DNA of 63,753 bases. Source: Candidatus Stercoripulliclostridium sp. (GTDB lineage Bacteria > Bacillota > Clostridia > Christensenellales > DTU072). Under the pieces are notes generated by a model that was not told the origin of the DNA, searched no databases, and saw only the letters and a program-made list of their open reading frames with translations. The stretch is from positions 1 to 63,753 of the forward strand of contig JAZSLG010000056.1 of the NCBI GenBank assembly GCA_045535235.1, in the 5' to 3' direction. A program made the translations under genes and the position numbers. Position 1 is the first letter of the stretch, and the number at the start of each line of letters is the position of its first letter. This document shows positions 29,301 through 36,735 of this stretch, in pieces.

Positions 29301-31508
29301 CCTTATAAAGAAACCGGATATACGCTAACGATTGACTTCCTAAAATTTGAAAATGGAGTATACGTAGTTGATAAGAACTATCGTGCTGTAGATGAAAACG
29401 GTAGGAACGTAAACTACAAACTTTTCGTTAACAAGTTTAATTTGAATAACGTATTTAGCAATTCGACGGAAAACAAAGAAAACTGGCCCGTTGTAAACCT
29501 CGAAAAATCTTACGATGGTAATAAATCGGCAAAAATCGACCCCGCTTTCACTAATATACCTGAAATATTCGAAAGCCACCACCTTTCCGTATATGCCGAG
29601 TATGACAATGCTAATGCAGGTGTAAACAAGATTGTAAACGTAATCTACAAGTTTAAGGTTAACGATTATGCTAACAACTATATTTTGCCCGGTGACGATG
29701 GTAAACTGGTTTATTCCGAAGAGGGTATCATAAATAAGGTTAAATTAACGCTTACATTCAATCAAGCAGATTACGCGTTAACTTACGGTGAATATTATTC
29801 CTTTAATCCTAACGGAGAATATGAGGTCGCTTACCCCACGTTGCTTTACAAAGGCTTCGTAAATAACGAAACCCCTGAGCATCTAAACCTTGCCGACAAT
29901 ATTGTATTAACGTATCAAAACAGTCAATCTCTTGCATCCATTCAAACAGCAGGCAGTCATACGATTATAATTTATGACAAGAAGGGCGTATACGACAACT
30001 ATTATTTGGATTGTTCAGCAACTCAATCGGTAATCGTTTCCGAAAGAATGGTTACCATTACCTCCGGAGCAACGTTCGTTAAAACCGTTGATGGAACTAC
30101 CTCTGCAGAAATTAGTAGTGAAAACTACGTTATAAACGGTATAATTCCCTCAGATGAAAACACCACTAACGCTCTTAACGTGGTCTACGATGCATATTTG
30201 AATTCATCTAACCCCGGTAAAGCAACCGTAATTATGAGAGTAAAAGGGTTGACCGGCACTAAAAATGAAAACTATAAATTACCGGATGACGAAGATAGTA
30301 AGACCATACTAATTCCTGCAATAATCAACGAACTTGCAGTTGTTAAGTTTAATAGCGAGTCTTATTCGTTCGACTTTGATAATACACCAAAATCAGTTGC
30401 TCCCACGATTGATGAAAGTACCGTACAAGAAAACGTTGAATATATTCTAAAATACGTTGGAAAGCGTTATGATGGTAAAGATTATCTACTACAAACGAGC
30501 GCACCCAAATCGGCCGGCGTTTATACAATTAATTGTTATTTCTACCATATTGCTGATAAGAACGACACTACGAAGTATCGTTTACTAGCTTCCACGGAAA
30601 TGATTATTAATAAGATAACGCCCACGCTATACTTTACCGGTAATTACTCTCAAACATATGGCTCGTTTACGCCCATTAACGCTACTGTAATTGCTCCCGG
30701 CCTAAACCAAAGCGTGGAAGTTCGCTACTCGTTTGAAAACGAGGACGGCTCCTTGCCCACGTTCCCGCCGGCAGGAAGACATACCGTATACGCTTCCTAC
30801 GATGAAACCAACGATTATTTGGACGTAGAAGGCGAACAAATAGTACAAATTAAAACCAAGACCATCAGCGTATCATTCGACGGTTATAAGGGGCTAATCT
30901 ACAACGGTTACACTCGTAATGATGACATTAATGTAACGTTTAACGGCATCGTAGAAGGCGATACTTGTACGCCTGTTAAGATTTATAACGTTGATGAAGT
31001 AAGAAATGCAGGAACTTATAGATTAATCGTAACCCCCTCAAATAGCTCGTATACTATTTCGGGTTCAAACTCTATAGAGTTTGCGATAGCTAAAAAAGTA
31101 CTCCAAGTTTCGGCACCCTCAGAAATAACTACCACAGCTGGTAATACTCCCAAAATTGAACTCATTTATACCGGTTTCGTTGAAAATGAAGGGGTAGAGG
31201 ACATTAGCGTTCTACCTACTCCCAAGATATCTAGCGGTAAAGTTGGTATAAACGTAATCGAATTTAACGATGGCTTTGACGAAAACTATTCGTTTAACTA
31301 TATCAACGGTGTATATACTATAGTATACGAATCCGCGAATGAAGATAAACCCAACGTAGCTCCCTACGTTGTAACCGGTTGCGCAGTAGGAGGAGTAGCC
31401 ATTGTCTTCGTATTGGGCTATCTCGTAAAGATTGGCAACTACAAAGCAATCACCAGTGGTGTAGCAAAACGTAAGATTAGAAAGGAAATGATGGGTAAAA
31501 AGAAATAA
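23307..31508 (+). CDS. Giant (2733 aa) cell-surface adhesin-like protein: signal peptide, GLUG-motif region, tandem MBG/YDG-type repeats, C-terminal TM anchor
   Basis: AAGGAG RBS. N-terminal hydrophobic signal. GLUG-like motifs include LGGLCALAKSG, VAGGIIGELESG and FAGGILGFNYG. At least a dozen modules of about 80-100 aa end in (N/K)AG(T/S)Y...NY (for example NAGTYTATAELTGDSKANYTL), several with TYG...Y.GFVN.ET. The C-terminus has a TM helix (VVTGCAVGGVAIVFVLGYLV) plus a basic tail. No LPXTG motif. Confidence 0.85.
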   Translation: MQRIFTNIKFNYRTVISIVVIICLFALGFALSATLPQITNEETIVAKADTTINAGNYRQVMQNNGGTGTISGTFVLSSDISISPSIGYNVSTFNGTFDGQGHTIYVTGSANHDAPNNQDNYIGFLFGTLGSSAVVKNVNISWSAYWNVRESNNVTSGSYTGNGSTTLYLGGLCALAKSGARIENVTFTLTSTIAGIGKDTGTNHETQTSGQGAVVGAMVGRSQGARLTNIRFNNNGSVYARGHNVSAGSYRKGGGVILSTDNRPDRAVAGGIIGELESGSTVINNLYYGGSGFVGAATTGYTTYVNVRSGENQVFALHVINFAGGILGFNYGSNATLTINGMIYNYSGRCYVKESTENSGKTVGTILGKGGGLTINGLWRRTDDSSSSSGVGTLSYFSETSGPSYTGAGALSVEKTVASSSFTNVAQGPTSAQSNTYNLKEYKPTAYYLGESVSFATGIISGIENGYLTIDAVSNDPKYYISALTYNTVYNGTYTSHNYYEHLVNSVTFEANEYKIPYTCYEFKVVLATTSATLEFKQSTGNKSYDTLGITFEGAANKDNKKLLSDLYWASEHDTNPQNNTRGLLGSYQVTTSPNVGTYSMALYRYDAKTGTSTKLKNGDGLGSNLEDAPSTIYIYNDDLIADCKYTISRAEVDLVPLSNPYTRQYDATSKVDGNSLIYKSHYGFYLAGTTNEPKDTPQFTIGSGDFYDSTGTTLDGSVGANKIVKISGIEVTGNYILSKNSGTTLTLYNCIITERVLDCQWLEYSLSQTYNGSLLTPSIEATNLIPGDTVFFTVTVYDTIQDAISKNPVTGVTNVKDGSKGDTDYYVVRATIASNPNYIIQGGYAQAYMYVTKKEIGLTWTSFEKTFEYADQQVTCVVTNANTVIPSGEDVGLQISYYHNETAQTTALRNAGTYVATASITNENFVLSEATRTFSNIKINPIALDVVFYTGKDYSSNVVQSLVYKGASYVGDEEGLHAKIAPNSTGKGLIDANISISYSGDVKNVATYTATASFVDSDENLNEDIIITNYSVKNSQQALQVVQRDITLTYGQDSFEYDGDINGKTITASIDEGRCDGDIITVRGDVYVLSGSEYVKTTAINAGSYIVQYTLNNSNYKIKSGYASRNLTITQYDISQANTKAQIEDIADVEYTGYEITPNVIVKFNGNQMQSENFVVSVTNNKVVGTANVTVTGKNNFKGNLYSTFTITKALLTVKFTSPTSLQYNGNVQNVTAIFEGYKANDPEIAMLISYEGSKIPKDKGTYTATVSFDGNPQNYTLSEYEKDRQHTFEITEKPIEITFSGYNGLIYNGTNRKYNATTNPDGIKVAFKDDSSIYPNDKLSLSLEFRNVSTNQIEDPTNAGTYTATAELTGDSKANYTLSKDNPTSIRFTIDKYLIDIIYNLATVSHVYSASEKKATYTISEETPLIINPTTGLEEGANIVLRYKNLDSEQTINGNPVNAGSYQIVASIGNSNYTTDTTKVQNFVIRKAPLEVSHNLVNGGVYYYEAKEINISYSYTNSTGTFGGDTFSLVSTYYDATNTITDACINAGSYKVTSQLPTNNVMANNYYISNPDEEGGLTHSSTFVIKPRYISVKFDMNSNNNTYYYNGLERVVTADIGENNGFIDDSEYTNNSGVMNDENERVEAVTFLVKTYLGTVISDEYLVPYIKDKGTYTATAVLDPNNPVNVNYTIYEGDQRVYPTTSTIIINPKEIVFKSNTVNFSKTYGDNDPRFILQLTSENTNGGLYDTDEIYVQMIRIPGETVGSYNYSGFNFVKKIVGENNNVSYETINPEDVDSNYDIQYYGNSGETDRFVINVKRISFDAQKFEFDYKTDIVNLIQEIQLNLPAIGDVLVRIKLQPINELIKNGIDAGTYDLASSFKEVNALGDEEDNPNIECEMNEGSNKGKLIVIGRSVKVLLYNVPNDIEKDIYTFTNNTYYITYGDTFEHEDGTTSYDPDYYYGISIDYANCDPSITETTYKSFVRITREAITNSYIQGIPYKETGYTLTIDFLKFENGVYVVDKNYRAVDENGRNVNYKLFVNKFNLNNVFSNSTENKENWPVVNLEKSYDGNKSAKIDPAFTNIPEIFESHHLSVYAEYDNANAGVNKIVNVIYKFKVNDYANNYILPGDDGKLVYSEEGIINKVKLTLTFNQADYALTYGEYYSFNPNGEYEVAYPTLLYKGFVNNETPEHLNLADNIVLTYQNSQSLASIQTAGSHTIIIYDKKGVYDNYYLDCSATQSVIVSERMVTITSGATFVKTVDGTTSAEISSENYVINGIIPSDENTTNALNVVYDAYLNSSNPGKATVIMRVKGLTGTKNENYKLPDDEDSKTILIPAIINELAVVKFNSESYSFDFDNTPKSVAPTIDESTVQENVEYILKYVGKRYDGKDYLLQTSAPKSAGVYTINCYFYHIADKNDTTKYRLLASTEMIINKITPTLYFTGNYSQTYGSFTPINATVIAPGLNQSVEVRYSFENEDGSLPTFPPAGRHTVYASYDETNDYLDVEGEQIVQIKTKTISVSFDGYKGLIYNGYTRNDDINVTFNGIVEGDTCTPVKIYNVDEVRNAGTYRLIVTPSNSSYTISGSNSIEFAIAKKVLQVSAPSEITTTAGNTPKIELIYTGFVENEGVEDISVLPTPKISSGKVGINVIEFNDGFDENYSFNYINGVYTIVYESANEDKPNVAPYVVTGCAVGGVAIVFVLGYLVKIGNYKAITSGVAKRKIRKEMMGKKK

Positions 31509-31536
31509 ACGAAAGTTTGAATTGTAAGTAGAATTA

Positions 31537-31570
31537 CTGCCATACTATAAACGGTATGGCAGTTTTTTTT
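31537..31570 (+). terminator. Rho-independent terminator after the giant ORF
   Basis: CTGCCATAC-tataaacg-GTATGGCAG perfect 9-bp stem followed by T8. Confidence 0.85.
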
Positions 31571-31621
31571 AGAATAAAAAATATAGGTAATATTATACAC
31601 GTTGAAATAAAATCAAAAGTA

Positions 31622-32068
31622 ATGCAATATAGGTTTGATTTAACCGTGCAAAAAAACACCATAAAAATAATTACTAAAAATAAATCGAAAATTATATCCT
31701 TTAATAGAAAGAAGAAAACAAAACTAGAAAAAGTAGAGAGGTATAATTTACCAACTCCACAATATCCGCTATGTACAATACTCACGCAAAACTCATATTT
31801 TTGGATTAGTTTTGGTAAAGACTTTTTCTACCATACAAACGGCTCGATAAAAAGCTATTTAATTCTAATAATCGACCTAATTAAGAATACTAGGGGATTG
31901 ATTTTTGATGAAAAACTCAAAAATCTGACAATAAATCATATATTCAATAAAATTCAATCTGAGCTTAAAATCGTACTGGATATTCATTATAATGGTATAT
32001 TATTTTACGTTTTTAAAATACTAAAATCACTATTAACAAGGAGGAAAAAATATGGAAGTAACTTTTAG
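31622..32068 (+). CDS. Hypothetical Lys/Ile/Asn-rich protein in an AT-rich island (start uncertain)
   Basis: The frame is open for 170 codons (31556-32068) in DNA that is about 23% G+C (14/60 in each of two lines counted), where stops should be frequent. There is no recognisable motif and no clear RBS. The first ATG lies inside the upstream terminator, so the ATG at 31622 is used. Confidence 0.3.
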   Translation: MQYRFDLTVQKNTIKIITKNKSKIISFNRKKKTKLEKVERYNLPTPQYPLCTILTQNSYFWISFGKDFFYHTNGSIKSYLILIIDLIKNTRGLIFDEKLKNLTINHIFNKIQSELKIVLDIHYNGILFYVFKILKSLLTRRKKYGSNF

Positions 32069-32219
32069 TATTAATTTAGATTTGTCAAAAAATAAACGTG
32101 ACGAAAAGTCAAAAAATAATTGTTTAACTAAGAGCAGTAATTGCGGATGCGGAGAATCAAATTTAGAGAAATGTTTAGACGTTGCACAAAAAGTGATAAA
32201 AATGATAAAAGTAAAATAA
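32052..32219 (+). CDS. Candidate 55-aa Cys-containing small protein (not in ORF track)
   Basis: AAGGAGG sits 7 nt upstream of the ATG. My translation is MEVTFSINLDLSKNKRDEKSKNNCLTKSSNCGCGESNLEKCLDVAQKVIKMIKVK, followed by a stop. It overlaps the 5' end of the carboxypeptidase ORF in another frame. Confidence 0.35.
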   Translation: MEVTFSINLDLSKNKRDEKSKNNCLTKSSNCGCGESNLEKCLDVAQKVIKMIKVK

Positions 32220-33340
32220 AATTTTCCATTCTAACGATTGTCGTTTTGTTGGTAATTTTTCTTTGCAATATTTTAGTTTTAGTAAAACCAAAGGAAAATA
32301 GCCTTGTCGTTAACGCAAAAGATAATAAAAGTTCTTACGTTTTAATAGAACAAAGCACCAATAGAGTATTAAAAGGAGAAAACGAGCATTTTGAACTTCC
32401 TATGGCAAGTACTACCAAAATTATGACTGCGCTAATAGTATTGGAAAAATCAAACCTAAACGATATAGTTACTATACCAAATGAAGCGGTAGGCGTTGAA
32501 GGTAGTTCAATATATCTTAAAAAAGACGAGAAAATGTCGGTTAAAGACCTTTTATACGGTTTGATGCTTCGTTCAGGTAATGATAGCGCCGTTGCTCTTG
32601 CAATTCATACGGCAGGAAGCGTCGATAAATTCGTTACACTTATGAACGAAAAAGCCAAAAGTATGGAGCTTAAAAATACTCAATTTAAAAATCCACACGG
32701 GTTGTCTAAAAAGGGGCATTACACTTCGGCATACGACCTAGCAATAATCGCATCAAACGCAATGAATAACCCGATTTTTAAGGAAATAGTTGGAACTAAA
32801 CTACACACGGTTAACGGAGATGAAAACGTAGAAACAAGGTATTTTGCTAATAAAAATCGCATTTTATATAATTATTCCGGGGGTAACGGTATAAAGACCG
32901 GATATACTACCGAAGCCGGGCGTTGTCTTGTTGCAAGTAGTGAAAGAAATGAAATGCAAGTCATTGCGGTTGCAATAAATCGCTATGATTACTTTGACTT
33001 TTGCTCTAAATTGATGGACTATGCATACGAGAATTATTGCATGGAAAAGATTTTAGATAAGAATAACGCCTATGCAGAAATCGCAGTTAAGAAAGGCGGA
33101 AAAATTAAAAAGGCAAAGGTATATCCGGCTTGCGACGTATACTACCCAATAAAAAAAGACGGTAGCGAGGAAATAAAAACAGAAATCACGACAGTAGAAT
33201 ATCTCATTGCTCCCCACAAAGCCCAAACTTCTTGCGGTACTATAAAAATTTATATCGGTAACCACTTGAAATTTGAAGAAAAATTATATACTATATATAA
33301 TATAGATAAGAAATTTAGTATTAGTGATATTTGGAGCTAA
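32171..33340 (+). CDS. D-alanyl-D-alanine carboxypeptidase (S11), second paralogue
   Basis: SxxK (ASTTKIMT), SxN (SGNDSA) and KTG (IKTGYT) motifs plus an N-terminal TM anchor. Start is ambiguous (TTG 32141, ATG 32146 or ATG 32171). Confidence 0.75.
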   Translation: MFRRCTKSDKNDKSKIKFSILTIVVLLVIFLCNILVLVKPKENSLVVNAKDNKSSYVLIEQSTNRVLKGENEHFELPMASTTKIMTALIVLEKSNLNDIVTIPNEAVGVEGSSIYLKKDEKMSVKDLLYGLMLRSGNDSAVALAIHTAGSVDKFVTLMNEKAKSMELKNTQFKNPHGLSKKGHYTSAYDLAIIASNAMNNPIFKEIVGTKLHTVNGDENVETRYFANKNRILYNYSGGNGIKTGYTTEAGRCLVASSERNEMQVIAVAINRYDYFDFCSKLMDYAYENYCMEKILDKNNAYAEIAVKKGGKIKKAKVYPACDVYYPIKKDGSEEIKTEITTVEYLIAPHKAQTSCGTIKIYIGNHLKFEEKLYTIYNIDKKFSISDIWS

Positions 33341-33341
33341 A

Positions 33342-34049
33342 ATGAGATTGAACAAATATATTGCTGAATGTGGCGTTGCCTCGCGTAGAGCCGCAGATAA
33401 GCTCATTACCGAAGGTAGAGTTAAAGTAAACAATAAAGTTGTAACCGCTTTAGGCACCGAGGTAAACGAATATAACGACACCGTTATGGTTGACGAGCGC
33501 AAAATCGCGCTCGTTAAGCGTGATATTTACATAATTTTGAATAAACCAAAAGGTTGTGTTACTACCGTTAAAGACGATAAAGGTCGCAAAACCGTTATGG
33601 ACTACGTTTCCGTCAAAGATAAAAGACTTTTCCCAATTGGTCGTCTCGACTACGACACCGAAGGGTTGGTAATTTTAACTAACGACGGTGATTTATCTTA
33701 CAAACTAACCCACCCCTCGAATGAAATACCAAAAACCTACGTTGCTAAGGTAGAAGGAACTATCTCCGAAGCAGATATTTCCAAACTTCGTAACGGTATT
33801 CCTTTGGACGGAGTTATGACTCATCGCTCTAAAGTTAAGATTTTAGGCGAAGAAGATGGTTTAACTCGCGTAGAAATCACTATTTATGAAGGCAAAAACC
33901 GACAAGTTAGACGTATGTTCGAATATATTGGAGCCAACGTGGTTTTCTTAAAACGTACTAAAATCGGCGACTTAAAACTTGGTGGATTAGGTAGGGGTAT
34001 GTCAAGATACCTTTCGGACAGAGAAATAGATATTTTGAAAAGGATGTAA
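33342..34049 (+). CDS. rluB: Pseudouridine synthase, RsuA/RluB family
   Basis: S4 domain (MRLNKYIAECGVASRRAADKLI) and catalytic Asp motif GRLDYDTEGL. GGAG lies before ATG 33342; the track ORF opens at GTG 33324. Confidence 0.8.
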   Translation: MRLNKYIAECGVASRRAADKLITEGRVKVNNKVVTALGTEVNEYNDTVMVDERKIALVKRDIYIILNKPKGCVTTVKDDKGRKTVMDYVSVKDKRLFPIGRLDYDTEGLVILTNDGDLSYKLTHPSNEIPKTYVAKVEGTISEADISKLRNGIPLDGVMTHRSKVKILGEEDGLTRVEITIYEGKNRQVRRMFEYIGANVVFLKRTKIGDLKLGGLGRGMSRYLSDREIDILKRM

Positions 34050-34802
34050 ATGAAGATTTTAATCGTTAACGACGACGGATATACTTCGATAGGAATTAGA
34101 AACCTCGCAAAAGCGCTTTCTACAAACCACGAAGTAACGGTTATTGCACCGCTAAAATGCAATTCCGGCATGGCTCACGCCATGACTTTTGGCAAACCTA
34201 TTTATCTCAAAAAAGTGGATAATCCTGGGGAAAATTACCATTGTTACTCTATTTCCGGGACTCCCGCCGATTGCGTTAAACTCGGTGCTGAATTAATGGC
34301 TCAAAATCCACCAGACCTGGTGATTTCCGGCGTGAATACCGAACCAAACATTGGTACGACAGTCGTATATAGCGGTACCGCTAACGCCGCAATGGAAGCA
34401 TCTTTATTAGGATATAAGGCCATTGCAGTATCCGGAAATCCAACTTGTGACGAAGATTTTGAATATATAATCAACTTTTTCATGGAGCATTTCGACTATT
34501 ATTTGTCTCTTTGCTCGGTTGATTATGCAATAAACGTTAACATTAATAACGAGAAAATAGGTAATATTTCTCATAAAATAACTCCTCTTGGCGTTCGAGT
34601 TTTTAGTGATATTTATCTAGTCGGCAAGCGTGATGAAAACGGTATTCCTCACACTTTAGTAGGAAATCCGTTAGCAATAGCAAACGCCCCGGATTGCGAC
34701 GTATCTTGGTATCAAAAGGGTTATGCGACCATAACGCCCCTTAGTTCCGACAACACTACTTTTACTGCGTTAAAAATCTTAAAAAGAAAGGGGAAAGCAT
34801 GA
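34050..34802 (+). CDS. surE: 5'/3'-nucleotidase SurE
   Basis: MKILIVNDDGYTSIGI N-terminal motif, GVNTEPNIG and YSGTANAAMEA. Confidence 0.85.
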   Translation: MKILIVNDDGYTSIGIRNLAKALSTNHEVTVIAPLKCNSGMAHAMTFGKPIYLKKVDNPGENYHCYSISGTPADCVKLGAELMAQNPPDLVISGVNTEPNIGTTVVYSGTANAAMEASLLGYKAIAVSGNPTCDEDFEYIINFFMEHFDYYLSLCSVDYAINVNINNEKIGNISHKITPLGVRVFSDIYLVGKRDENGIPHTLVGNPLAIANAPDCDVSWYQKGYATITPLSSDNTTFTALKILKRKGKA

Positions 34803-36055
34803 AAGTCGTAGTAATTGGAGGAGGCCCGGCGGGTATAATGTCCGCATTAACGGCAAGTGAAAATGGTCACGAAGTCGTTTTGGTTGAAAAAAACACGAAA
34901 ATTGGGCGTAAATTATACATAACAGGCAAAGGTAGATGTAACGTTACCAACGCTTGTGATAGTCGTGAATTTATACAAAATGTCGTTTCCAACCCCAAGT
35001 TCATGATGAGTTCTATACGCGCATTCGATACCACGGCTACTCAAGAGTTCTTTGAAAATTTGGGTGTGCCTCTAAAAATTGAACGTGGTAATCGCGTGTT
35101 TCCGCTTAGCGACAAATCAAGCGATATTATTGATGCGTTACTAAAAGCATTAAAATCTCACTCCATTGATATTAGGTTTGAAACAGAGCTTTTAGACGTA
35201 GTAATTAAAGATGATAGAATAGTAAGCGTAGTTACAAACAAAGGAAAAATAGAGTGTGAACATCTGGTTTTAGCCACCGGCGGTGTTTCATATCCAAAAA
35301 CCGGTAGCGACGGAAAGGGACTTAGTATTGCAAAAAAATTAGGGCACAACGTAATTCCTACGGTTGGTGGACTTAATGAAATTTTGTTAAAAGGGGTTTT
35401 GGATTATAAAAACAAGTTGATTTCCACCAAAGAAACGTTGCTACCCGAAGGCTTATCGCTAAAAAACGTTTCACTAAGCGTTATAAACAAAGACAACGGA
35501 AAGAGGCTTTCTTACGAGTTTGGTGAAATGCTTTTTACCGACCAAGGTTTATCCGGTCCCATAGCGCTTACCACCTCTTCTAGAATAAATAGGGCAGATT
35601 TTAACTCAATTTTGCTAAAAATCGACCTAAAACCTGCTCTCGACGAACAAACTCTAGACAAAAGAATACTATCTGACTTAGGTAGCCAAAGTAATCGTAC
35701 CTTCATAAATTCACTTACCGGTTTATTACCAAAAAGTATGATTCCTTACGTAGTTGCCGTCACAGGTATTCCTAAGGATAAAATAGTAAACTCTATAACT
35801 AAAGAAGAGCGTTTGAGACTACTAAAAGCCCTCAAAGAACTCACCTTCCAAGTAAAAGGTCTAGCGGATATTGACCGCGCCATAATCACGGCAGGTGGCG
35901 TCTCGACGAAACAAATTAATCCTAAAACCATGAAAAGTACCGTTATTCCTAATTTATCGTTTGCAGGAGAAATGATAGACGTTGACGCTTATACGGGTGG
36001 TTTTAATATACAAATCGCATTATCAACCGGTTATTCAGCCGGAACTAACATATAA
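34799..36055 (+). CDS. NAD(P)/FAD-dependent oxidoreductase, HI0933/YhiN (BaiN-like) family
   Basis: 418 aa with dinucleotide motif VVVIGGGPAGIMSA, GKGRCNVTN and a C-terminal GEMIDVDAYTGGFNIQ. Confidence 0.75.
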   Translation: MKVVVIGGGPAGIMSALTASENGHEVVLVEKNTKIGRKLYITGKGRCNVTNACDSREFIQNVVSNPKFMMSSIRAFDTTATQEFFENLGVPLKIERGNRVFPLSDKSSDIIDALLKALKSHSIDIRFETELLDVVIKDDRIVSVVTNKGKIECEHLVLATGGVSYPKTGSDGKGLSIAKKLGHNVIPTVGGLNEILLKGVLDYKNKLISTKETLLPEGLSLKNVSLSVINKDNGKRLSYEFGEMLFTDQGLSGPIALTTSSRINRADFNSILLKIDLKPALDEQTLDKRILSDLGSQSNRTFINSLTGLLPKSMIPYVVAVTGIPKDKIVNSITKEERLRLLKALKELTFQVKGLADIDRAIITAGGVSTKQINPKTMKSTVIPNLSFAGEMIDVDAYTGGFNIQIALSTGYSAGTNI

Positions 36056-36072
36056 CTTAAAGGAGATTACAA

Positions 36073-36735
36073 ATGACGTTAAACATCGCTATTGACGGAC
36101 CTTCCGGAGCAGGAAAAAGTACGATTGCTAAACTAATTGCTAAAAATATGGGGATAACCTATCTAGATACAGGCGCTATGTATAGAGGTCTTGCTTATTT
36201 TGCACTCAAAAACGGAGTCGAACCAAACGACCAAGCAAAAGTTTTACCATTGCTTGACACCGTAACCATGGACATTGAATATAATGAAAACGGTCAAAAA
36301 GTTATAGTTAACGGTGAAGACGTAACTCCTTATATTCGTGAACATCATATATCGATGGCAGCGTCTACAATTTCAAAAATACATGCGGTTAGACTCAAAT
36401 TGGCAGACCTACAACGTCAAATCGCTAAAAAGACCGATTGCGTTCTTGATGGTAGAGACATTGGAAGTTTCGTTCTTCCCGATGCCAACGTTAAAATTTA
36501 CATGGATGCCAGTGCAGAAGTAAGAGCCACAAGAAGAAAAGGCGACTTGGAAGCAAAAGGGGATTTTAGTCACACTTATGATGAAATTTTAGCCGATATT
36601 AAAGCGCGTGACTACCAAGATATGAATCGTGACTTTGCTCCCTTAAAAGTAGCCGACGGTGCTACCGTTATTGATACCTCTTATATGACGATTGAAGAGG
36701 TAGCAAACGAAGTTATCGCACTATGCAAAAAGTAA
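36073..36735 (+). CDS. cmk: Cytidylate kinase
   Basis: P-loop IAIDGPSGAGKSTIAK, LDTGAMYR and DGRDIGSFVLPDA. Confidence 0.9.
   Translation: MTLNIAIDGPSGAGKSTIAKLIAKNMGITYLDTGAMYRGLAYFALKNGVEPNDQAKVLPLLDTVTMDIEYNENGQKVIVNGEDVTPYIREHHISMAASTISKIHAVRLKLADLQRQIAKKTDCVLDGRDIGSFVLPDANVKIYMDASAEVRATRRKGDLEAKGDFSHTYDEILADIKARDYQDMNRDFAPLKVADGATVIDTSYMTIEEVANEVIALCKK

Noticed and set aside
25632-29582. Several 60-100-aa ORFs antisense or out of frame inside the giant adhesin gene (for example 25632..25928, 26973..27170, 28134..28397, 28509..28712, 29038..29229, 29340..29582)
   Set aside because: They are fully embedded in a long ORF with a clear repeat-domain signal. They have no RBS and no motifs, and are typical shadow ORFs.
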